The notes beneath the pieces were generated by a model that was not told the DNA's origin, ran no database searches, and saw only the letters and a program-made list of their open reading frames with translations. Below are positions 15,899 to 22,753 of a stretch of DNA of 26,907 nt, piece after piece. The DNA comes from Archangium sp. Lineage in GTDB: Bacteria; Myxococcota; Myxococcia; Myxococcales; Myxococcaceae. Each line of letters opens with the position of its first letter. Position 1 is the first letter of the stretch. The stretch lies in NCBI GenBank assembly GCA_031367385.1, contig JANLPS010000309.1:1-26907 (forward strand). The letters are read 5' to 3'. The position numbers and the translations under genes were made by a program.

Positions 15899-16630
15899 TC
15901 ACCAGGCGAAGTGCGGTATCGAGACGACGCGGGGCGCCAGTGTCACCTCGCGGCCCGAGTGGTCAGTCGCCAGGTGCACCGACACCGCCTCGGGGAACTT
16001 CTCTGCGTAGTCATTGACGTGGGTGGGCTCGTTGTCGAACGCCGCGATCACCGTGCCGAAGAGCCCGACCTGCGCATGGGCGACCCGCTTGTAGGCGTCG
16101 TCATTCTCTTTGAGCGTCGGCTTCATCAGCAACTTGACCGAGCCGCCAGGGGCCGGCATTTCGCATTTCACCAGCGCCTCGACGGTGCCTTCGCGCATCG
16201 CCTCGTGCCGGCCGGTCACGTAAATCACCTGGGCGTGGGTCGAAAGGCAGGCGTGCAAGAACCTGGGCGCACCGACGATTTCGATGTCGTCTTTGCAGTA
16301 CTCGCTCGTGAAAAAACGCTCAGCCCAGAACCGCTTCACGTCGGCGTAGAGGGGCTCGACCTCGGCTGCGGGCATGCCTGCACCCGTCATCGCGGCCCGA
16401 AGGTCCCACCCGCTGGTGAAGTGAAAGGGTTGGCAGGTCGTCAGCGTGGCGAGGTTCTTCGCGATGCCGTACTCGCGAACGATGCGGGCTTGCCTTGGGC
16501 GGTTGTCGAACAGGGTCGAGTCGAGGTCGAACACCAGCACGCCCGAGGGCCCAAGCTTCTTCGCCGACGCGAGCACGCGCTCGAGCGTCTGCTGCCAGTT
16601 CACTGCGATTCGGTTGTGAAATTCACTCAT
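15899..16630 (-). CDS. HAD-superfamily phosphatase (class B acid phosphatase-like)
   Basis: Motif I VFDLDSTL, motif II YVTGR, Lys motif LLMKP..YK, and motif IV AFDNEP. Confidence 0.85.
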   Translation of the reverse strand: MSEFHNRIAVNWQQTLERVLASAKKLGPSGVLVFDLDSTLFDNRPRQARIVREYGIAKNLATLTTCQPFHFTSGWDLRAAMTGAGMPAAEVEPLYADVKRFWAERFFTSEYCKDDIEIVGAPRFLHACLSTHAQVIYVTGRHEAMREGTVEALVKCEMPAPGGSVKLLMKPTLKENDDAYKRVAHAQVGLFGTVIAAFDNEPTHVNDYAEKFPEAVSVHLATDHSGREVTLAPRVVSIPHFAW

Positions 16631-16664
16631 AGCGCCGCGGCGCTCTAGCAGAACTTCGCGGCTT

Positions 16665-18323
16665 TCACAGCTGCGCGAGCTTGGCCGGGTGCGCTTCGGC
16701 CGGGGCCGGCGAGACCTGGGCTCCAGGCGGCGTGGGCAGCGCCTGATCGGTGTGAGCGAAGATCTCGCTCATGCGCTTGATGCCGTTGCGGTCGAGCACC
16801 AACCGAACCAACCGGGTCTTGGTCTCTTTGTGCTTGCCGTCGTCGACCGAGAACCGAAACGCGAGGTCGACGCGGTACGCCTTCGAGGCCTTGAGCCGCT
16901 CGACGCTGAAGTCATCGATGTCGACGTAATCGAGCGCATACTCCGGGTCGTCCATGTCGTGGAGCATGCGCTCGACGTTGAGCCGAATGATGTCGGTGAC
17001 CCCCGCCACCAGGCCGTCGGCGATGCTGGGCAACATGTGGGAGTCGAGCGTGATGTGCTTGCGGTACCGAATCACCGTCTCGGGCACTTCGCCCTGCGCG
17101 ACGGTGATCAAGTCGTCTTGCGAGCGCATCACGCGAATGTCTTCGGGCACGACCACCGCGCTGTCGTAATCGATGCGCTCTTTGCAGACGCCGACGCTGT
17201 CGTGGGTGACGGGGTCTTGAATGCGGGTGGTGCGCTCGTACAAGAAGCGGCCGAGGTAGGTCGAAAAGAACTTCTGCATCGCGTCTTTGGCACGGTCGCG
17301 CAGCACGTACGCAAAGACCGCCACCATGAAGAACGTCGAGGTCGCGTTGGTCGCGGTGCGCGACTGGGCGAACAGGCTGACGCTCAGCGCCAGGGCCATT
17401 GCCGAGCCGGCCGAGATGGCGAAGAGCAGCTCCTCCCACGACTTGCGGGCCGAGCTGCGCATCACCTTCAAGAACAAGATGTTCATGCAGAACTTCTTCA
17501 AGAAGCTGATCCGGTGCGTGTACTCCTCGTTGTCAGAATCAGGCGCGATGACCGAGGGAAAGCGGTTCAGCTTTCGGTAGCTCTCATCGTTGATCACCAC
17601 GTCCATCAGCTCGCGGCGCAGGTCGGCGTACACTCCGCTGCGAGGCATTCGCTCCATCTGCACGACCACGCGGCGAAAGTAGTGCTCGACCAGCAGGCTC
17701 AGGTACTCGTCGACCAGGCGCAGTGAGGCTTTGGTCTTCTCGCCCAGCGGGTATTTTTCGTTGAGCTGCGCGGTGGTGCTGCGAAACCGGGTCAGCACCT
17801 GTTGGGTGGCACCGACTGACCGGCGAGCCAGCCGCTGCAGCAGCTCGAGCGAGTCGGGGTGGTGGCCATTCGCCAGAATCGCGCAGTGATCTTTCATGCC
17901 CTTCGCGAAACGCCGCAGCGCCGCGCGGAGCACGCACGCCAACATCTTCGCGTCGTAAATCACCTCTGACTCGGGGCCGTTGAGGCCCAGCATGATTCGC
18001 TCTTGCAGCTGAACCAGCGGTGAGTGCGCTCCGGTCAAAAGCTCGTCGAAGGCGAGCACCGGCGTCTTGAGCCGAACGTAGTTGTGCAGGTCAGCGTAAA
18101 ACGCGGCGCGCGGCCAAGTGTCTTGCGTGACGTTGAGTGAGCGGGGCACGAACAGCAGCGTCTCGACCAGGTACTCGCTCTGCGGGTCGGTGCCGCTCGG
18201 TTGGTACTCGAGCTTGAGCTCGAACTGTTTGCGGTCGTGTATTTCGAGCTTGGTCTCGAAGAGGGTGTGCCCTGTCGGTCTGAAGTCACCCCGCTCTGCC
18301 ACGTACCGTAGAGAGTACGTCAC
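16665..18323 (-). CDS. Hypothetical membrane protein (large soluble domains flanking two TM helices)
   Basis: 552-codon ORF with native codon style. Hydrophobic pair LLFAISAGSAMALALSVSLFA and FFMVAVFAYVL. The true start may be GTG at 18302. Confidence 0.75.
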   Translation of the reverse strand: MTYSLRYVAERGDFRPTGHTLFETKLEIHDRKQFELKLEYQPSGTDPQSEYLVETLLFVPRSLNVTQDTWPRAAFYADLHNYVRLKTPVLAFDELLTGAHSPLVQLQERIMLGLNGPESEVIYDAKMLACVLRAALRRFAKGMKDHCAILANGHHPDSLELLQRLARRSVGATQQVLTRFRSTTAQLNEKYPLGEKTKASLRLVDEYLSLLVEHYFRRVVVQMERMPRSGVYADLRRELMDVVINDESYRKLNRFPSVIAPDSDNEEYTHRISFLKKFCMNILFLKVMRSSARKSWEELLFAISAGSAMALALSVSLFAQSRTATNATSTFFMVAVFAYVLRDRAKDAMQKFFSTYLGRFLYERTTRIQDPVTHDSVGVCKERIDYDSAVVVPEDIRVMRSQDDLITVAQGEVPETVIRYRKHITLDSHMLPSIADGLVAGVTDIIRLNVERMLHDMDDPEYALDYVDIDDFSVERLKASKAYRVDLAFRFSVDDGKHKETKTRLVRLVLDRNGIKRMSEIFAHTDQALPTPPGAQVSPAPAEAHPAKLAQL

Positions 18324-18339
18324 ACAACCGTCACAATTC
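18318..18339 (+). promoter_or_regulatory. Pho-box-like tandem repeat (PhoB/OmpR-family site)
   Basis: CGTCACA at 18318-18324 and 18329-18335, an exact 11-nt period, about 50 nt upstream of a GlpT-like transporter. Confidence 0.5.
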
Positions 18340-18386
18340 TACCCCTCCCTTGCGATTTCACGAGGTTCGTGAGACGCGCGGGCCCC

Positions 18387-19787
18387 ATGCCGACCTGGCT
18401 GTCGAACATGCTGCCCATCGCCGTGTTGCTGGTCGCCGTCGGGCTGGTCGTCTGGCGGTTGCCGAAGGTCGAGCTTGGCCATTCGAAGGCGTTCAAGCGA
18501 CGGCGCATCTTGAATTGGCTGCCGCTGGGGCTCACCTACGCGTTTCTGTATTTCGGTCGGTACAACTTCAAGGCGATGGGCTCGGAGCTCGAAACCATTG
18601 GGCTTTTGACCAAGCTCGAGTTCGGCGACATCGAAGGCATCGGGGCCATCACCTACGGGTTGGCCTTCTTGCTCAACGGGCCCTTGACCGACCGGTGGGG
18701 CGGCCGGGTGACCATCTTGCTGGCCTCCGGGGGCTCGGCGCTGGCCAACCTGGCGATGGGTTTTCTGTTTTGGAAGGCGACCGACGGGGCGATCGAGAAG
18801 CCGACGATGATCACCTGGCTGACCGTCATCAACGCCGTGAACATGTATTTTCAGAGCTTCGGTGCCGTCTCGATCGTCAAGGTCAACGCGCCGTGGTTTC
18901 ACCTGCGCGAGCGCGGCATCTTGGGCGGGCTGTTCGGCATCTTGATTTCGCTGGGGCTCTACTTCGCCTTCGACTGGAGCAAAGCGATTCGCGCGGTGCT
19001 GCCCCTGCCCTGGGTGTTCTGGGTGCCGGCGGTGACCCTGGCGGCGTTCTTCGTGCTCGACCTGTTCGCGATTCGAAACACGCCGGGTGATGCGGGCTAC
19101 CCCGACTTCGACACCGGAGACGCGACCGATCATGACGCGGGGCCGCCGTCGCTGACCCGCATCGCCAAGCGCATGTTCAGCCAACCCGTGATCTGGATCA
19201 TCATCTCGGTCGAGTACTGCAGCGGGTACCTGCGGCAGGCGGTGATGACCTGGGGCCCCAACTACGCCAAGAGCATCGGTCAGGCCTCGCACTTCGTGTT
19301 CGCCAACTGGGGCCTGGTCTCGTGCGTCGCAGGCATTCTCGGCGGAGTCTTCGCCGGGTTCATCTCTGACGCGGTCTTCGGGTCTCGGCGTGGGCCCGTC
19401 GCGGCGGTGCTCTACGGAGGCCTCCTCGGAGGCGCGACGGTCGCCTTCTTCACCATCGGCAGCCCAGTGGTGGGCTGGTCAGTCGCCTTCATGTCGCTGT
19501 GTGTGATCGGCGTGCACGGCATGCTCTCGGGCACCGCCTCGATGGACTTTGGCGGCAAGAAGGGCGCGGGCATCGCCACCGGTATCATCGACGGCTTCGT
19601 GTACTTGGGCAGCGCGACGCAGTCGTTCATCTTCGGGCGGTTGCTGCCGCACGACGCAGCGGCGAAAGACCCGGCGAATTGGTCGGTGTGGCCGTTGGCG
19701 ATGATACCCGTCGCGATGCTCGGGCTCTTTCTCGCCACCCGGGTGTGGAACGCGAGGCCCGTCAGCGCAGCGCCAGCGGCGCACTGA
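18387..19787 (+). CDS. MFS transporter, organophosphate:Pi antiporter (GlpT/UhpT-like)
   Basis: 12-13 TM segments. MFS motifs GPLTDRWGGR and GFISDAVFGSRRGP. Arg in TM1 (YAFLYFGRYNF) and TM7 (GYLRQA) correspond to the two GlpT phosphate-binding arginines. Also WFHLRERG and ATGIIDGFVYLG. Confidence 0.85.
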   Translation: MPTWLSNMLPIAVLLVAVGLVVWRLPKVELGHSKAFKRRRILNWLPLGLTYAFLYFGRYNFKAMGSELETIGLLTKLEFGDIEGIGAITYGLAFLLNGPLTDRWGGRVTILLASGGSALANLAMGFLFWKATDGAIEKPTMITWLTVINAVNMYFQSFGAVSIVKVNAPWFHLRERGILGGLFGILISLGLYFAFDWSKAIRAVLPLPWVFWVPAVTLAAFFVLDLFAIRNTPGDAGYPDFDTGDATDHDAGPPSLTRIAKRMFSQPVIWIIISVEYCSGYLRQAVMTWGPNYAKSIGQASHFVFANWGLVSCVAGILGGVFAGFISDAVFGSRRGPVAAVLYGGLLGGATVAFFTIGSPVVGWSVAFMSLCVIGVHGMLSGTASMDFGGKKGAGIATGIIDGFVYLGSATQSFIFGRLLPHDAAAKDPANWSVWPLAMIPVAMLGLFLATRVWNARPVSAAPAAH

Positions 19788-19876
19788 TTCGACCGTCGCA
19801 GGGTCACTCTCGACCCGACGCCGCGCCCGACCCCAGGCGGCGGCTCGCAACCGTGGGCATTCGGGTGTCACCTCAA

Positions 19877-19892
19877 TGGCCCGGCGATTGCC
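19877..19892 (+). promoter_or_regulatory. Putative sigma54 (-24/-12) promoter of the CBS gene
   Basis: TGGCCCGGCGATTGC has GG-N10-GC spacing with TGGC and TTGC intact, ending 13 nt before ATG 19905. Confidence 0.55.
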
Positions 19893-19904
19893 TATCGCCC
19901 GGGT

Positions 19905-20324
19905 ATGCGTGACCCCAGTGAAGTTCCAGTTCGAAGTGTGATGTCCGCTCCAGCGATCGAGATCGCCGCCGAAGCCCCCATTCAAGACGCCTTCACCTCG
20001 ATGCGCGCTCATCACGTTCAACATCTCTGCGTCGTTCGGCGGGGCGAGCTGGTGGGCATCGTGTCTGAGCAAGATCTCCACCGGGCGATGCCTTCAGCGC
20101 TCAGCAGCACCCAGGCCCAGTACGAGCACACCCTCGACGCCGTTCGGGTCGAGAGAATCATGAGCCCACATGTGCTCTCCATCACCCCCGACTCGACCCT
20201 CTCGAGCGCGATGACCTTGCTGACCTCGACCCAGATTCATGCGTTGCCCGTGCTCGAGAGAGGGCACTTGGTGGGCATCTTGACCGGCACCGACTGCCTG
20301 CGAGCGCTGAACCCGGTGGGCTGA
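19905..20324 (+). CDS. Stand-alone CBS-pair protein (AcuB-like)
   Basis: Two CBS units: VRSVMS..HLCVV..LVGIVSEQDL and VERIMS..ALPVL..LVGILTGTD. Confidence 0.88.
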   Translation: MRDPSEVPVRSVMSAPAIEIAAEAPIQDAFTSMRAHHVQHLCVVRRGELVGIVSEQDLHRAMPSALSSTQAQYEHTLDAVRVERIMSPHVLSITPDSTLSSAMTLLTSTQIHALPVLERGHLVGILTGTDCLRALNPVG

Positions 20325-20330
20325 CTCAAG

Positions 20331-20346
20331 GCGCCCCCTGGGGCGC
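20331..20346. terminator. Short GC hairpin after the CBS gene (possible weak terminator or pause site)
   Basis: GCGCCC-cctg-GGGCGC, 6 nt after the stop codon; no U-tract follows. Confidence 0.25.
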
Positions 20347-20474
20347 ACGATGCCCCCCCTCACGAAGAGCGACGGCGAGTCCGTTGTGCTCGCACCAGTC
20401 GAGTCGTCGACCGTGGTGTGTAGCAGCTCCACTGGGTGACGATGTCGCTCCGCGTCATTGAGCGTCGATGATTC

Positions 20475-20507
20475 TGCGCGCGATTCTTGGTTTGGTGCGC
20501 GCGATTC
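20475..20507. repeat. Perfect 12-bp direct repeat upstream of the acyl-CoA ligase
   Basis: TGCGCGCGATTC at 20475-20486 and 20496-20507 (21-nt period). Confidence 0.7.
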
Positions 20508-20526
20508 GCACCCGCCTGGAGCGCAC

Positions 20527-22194
20527 ATGAACCTCAACGGCCGCATGATGGATTTCCCGCTGACCATCACTCACATTCTCGAGCATGGCCGGTCGATTTT
20601 TCCCAATGTCGAGGTCGTCTCTCGGCGCCCCGACAAGTCGCTGATTCGGCAAACCTTCGCCCAGACCTACGAGCGGGCCGAGCGTTTGGCCCGCGCCCTC
20701 AAGAAGCTCGGCGTCAAAGACGGCGATCGCATCGGCACCTTCTGTTGGAATCACCGCGAGCACCTCGAGTGCTACCTCGGCGTGCCCGCGATGGGCGCGG
20801 TGGTTCACACGCTCAACCTGCGGCTGCACCCAGACGAGCTCGCCTACATCGCCAACCACGCCGAAGATTCGATCATCGTCGTCGATCGCACGCTGTGGCC
20901 GCTGTTCGACAAGTTTCGCGGGCGCCTCTCGAAAGTGAAGCACGTCATCGTCGTGCGCGACGTCGGCGGTGAATTGCCCGGCGGCACGCTCGACTACGAA
21001 GCGCTGGTGCAGGCCGAGACCGCGGCCAAGCACGGCCCGAGCTCGGTGCTGCCCAAAGACTCACCCTTCAAGCACCCCGACGAGCGCAGCGCGGCGATGA
21101 TTTGTTACACCTCTGGCACGACCGGCAACCCGAAGGGCGTCGTCTACACGCACCGCTCGACCGTGCTGCACTCGTTCGCCGAGGCGATGGTCGACACCGC
21201 CGCGATCAGCGCCAACGATACGGTGTTGCCCGTGGTGCCCATGTTTCACGCCGCGGCCTGGGGCTTGCCCTTCACCGCGTTCATGGTCGGCAGCAAGATC
21301 GTGATGCCCGGGCCCCACCTCGACGCGGTGTCGACGCTCGACTTGATGCAGGGCGAAAAGGTGACCCTCGCCGGCGGAGTACCCACGATTTGGATGGGCA
21401 TTCTCGCCCAGCTCGATGCGGCCCCCAAGAAGTGGGACTTGTCGTCGATGCGGTCGATGATGATCGGTGGCTCGGCAGCGCCTCCGTCTATGATTCAAGG
21501 CTTCGCCGAGCGGCACAACCTCGACGTGGTGCACGCCTGGGGCATGAGCGAGACCAACCCGCTGGGCACGCTCGCGCGGGCGACTCCGGCGATCAAAGCG
21601 CGGGGCACAGAGGCCGTCTTCAAGGCCAGAATCTCGCAGGGCCTGCCCGCGCCGTTCGTCGAGCTGCGCGTGATGGACGATGCGGGCAACGAGCTGCCGT
21701 GGGACGGAGAGTCGATGGGAGAGCTCGAGGTGCGAGGCCCCTGGGTCGCCTCGAGCTACCTGGGCGACGAAGGCAAAGACCGCTTCACCGCCGACGGTTG
21801 GTTCAAGACCGGAGACGTCTCGACCATCGACAGCGACGGCTACATGCGCATTACCGACCGCTCGAAAGACGTGATCAAGTCAGGCGGAGAATGGATCAGC
21901 TCGGTGGGCCTCGAGAACGCCCTCATGTCGCACCCCGCGGTGCAAGAGGCCGCGGTGTTCGGGTTGCCCCACCCCAAGTGGGACGAACGGCCCGTCGCGG
22001 CGGTAGTGCTCAAGCCAGGCCAGAGCGTCACCCACGAGCAGCTCGTCGCCCACCTCTCGAAAGACTTCGCGAAGATGTCGCTGCCTGACACGACGGTGTT
22101 CATCGCGCAGATACCGCGCACCTCGACTGGCAAGTTCTTGAAGCAGAAATTGCGCACTGATTACAAAGATCTGCTGATCAACCAGTCGAAGTGA
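20527..22194 (+). CDS. Medium/long-chain fatty-acid--CoA ligase (AlkK/DmdB-like adenylate-forming enzyme)
   Basis: YTSGTTGNPKG, VPMFHAAAWG, AWGMSET, TGD, DRSKDVIKSGGEWISS, PRTSTGK. The GGAG RBS before ATG 20527 makes it the preferred start over TTG 20458. Confidence 0.92.
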   Translation: MNLNGRMMDFPLTITHILEHGRSIFPNVEVVSRRPDKSLIRQTFAQTYERAERLARALKKLGVKDGDRIGTFCWNHREHLECYLGVPAMGAVVHTLNLRLHPDELAYIANHAEDSIIVVDRTLWPLFDKFRGRLSKVKHVIVVRDVGGELPGGTLDYEALVQAETAAKHGPSSVLPKDSPFKHPDERSAAMICYTSGTTGNPKGVVYTHRSTVLHSFAEAMVDTAAISANDTVLPVVPMFHAAAWGLPFTAFMVGSKIVMPGPHLDAVSTLDLMQGEKVTLAGGVPTIWMGILAQLDAAPKKWDLSSMRSMMIGGSAAPPSMIQGFAERHNLDVVHAWGMSETNPLGTLARATPAIKARGTEAVFKARISQGLPAPFVELRVMDDAGNELPWDGESMGELEVRGPWVASSYLGDEGKDRFTADGWFKTGDVSTIDSDGYMRITDRSKDVIKSGGEWISSVGLENALMSHPAVQEAAVFGLPHPKWDERPVAAVVLKPGQSVTHEQLVAHLSKDFAKMSLPDTTVFIAQIPRTSTGKFLKQKLRTDYKDLLINQSK

Positions 22195-22750
22195 GCCGAA
22201 GGTAGAGCGCGTTTTCGGGCTCGATGAGCGAACCCTCGAAGTGGTCACCGTCGATGGTGACTCCGCGAAAGCGACCCTCTTCGTCGAGCCAGCCGATCTC
22301 TTCGCCGCCATCGAAGATCACGCCGTCGAGCGCGGTGAACGATTTGCCGGCCAGCTCGATGCGAGCCGAGCTCCCGCTGGAGGGCGATGAGAGCCATACC
22401 GCGCCGGGCGTGTGCCCGACGTTGCCCTCGAAGTGCTGATCGAACACCGTCAGCGCGTAGTCACCCGTCGCGTTCACCGAGCCCACCGCTTTGCCCTCGA
22501 AGTACGCCGTGCCGCCGCGCACCTCGTAGGTCGTCAGGCCCACCCGCACCTTGCCGGTGCGCCCGTCTTTGCCGCCTCCGAGCAACTTGCTCTTCACGTC
22601 GGCCTTGATCAGCGCCGCGATGCTGCCGGAGTGGCTCTTGCCCTCTTGGTCGACCACGCGGTACTGACCCTTCGCGTCGACCGAGCCGACCTTGGCGCCG
22701 TGCGCGTACACGATGCCCTTCTTGACGGTGTATTCAGTGGGCGATGGCAT
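22178..22750 (-). CDS. Hypothetical protein with three Gly-rich beta repeats
   Basis: Units YTVKKGIVYAHGAKVGSVDAKGQY..GSI, YEVRGGTAYFEGKAVGSVNATGDY..GNV and FTALDGVIFDGGEEIGWLDEEGRF..GSL. Starts 3 nt after the stop of the upstream paralog. Confidence 0.8.
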   Translation of the reverse strand: MPSPTEYTVKKGIVYAHGAKVGSVDAKGQYRVVDQEGKSHSGSIAALIKADVKSKLLGGGKDGRTGKVRVGLTTYEVRGGTAYFEGKAVGSVNATGDYALTVFDQHFEGNVGHTPGAVWLSSPSSGSSARIELAGKSFTALDGVIFDGGEEIGWLDEEGRFRGVTIDGDHFEGSLIEPENALYLRLTSTG

Positions 22751-22753
22751 GGG

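Noticed and set aside
15890..15905. Very tight convergent gene ends (also 4334/4339 and the 22178-22194 overlap) without terminators
   Set aside because: Common in compact GC-rich genomes; there is no specific sign of antisense regulation.
20458..20526. TTG start extending the acyl-CoA ligase N-terminus
   Set aside because: ATG 20527 has a GGAG RBS and matches the usual family start (M.G.MMD.PL). The extension covers the putative regulatory repeat.
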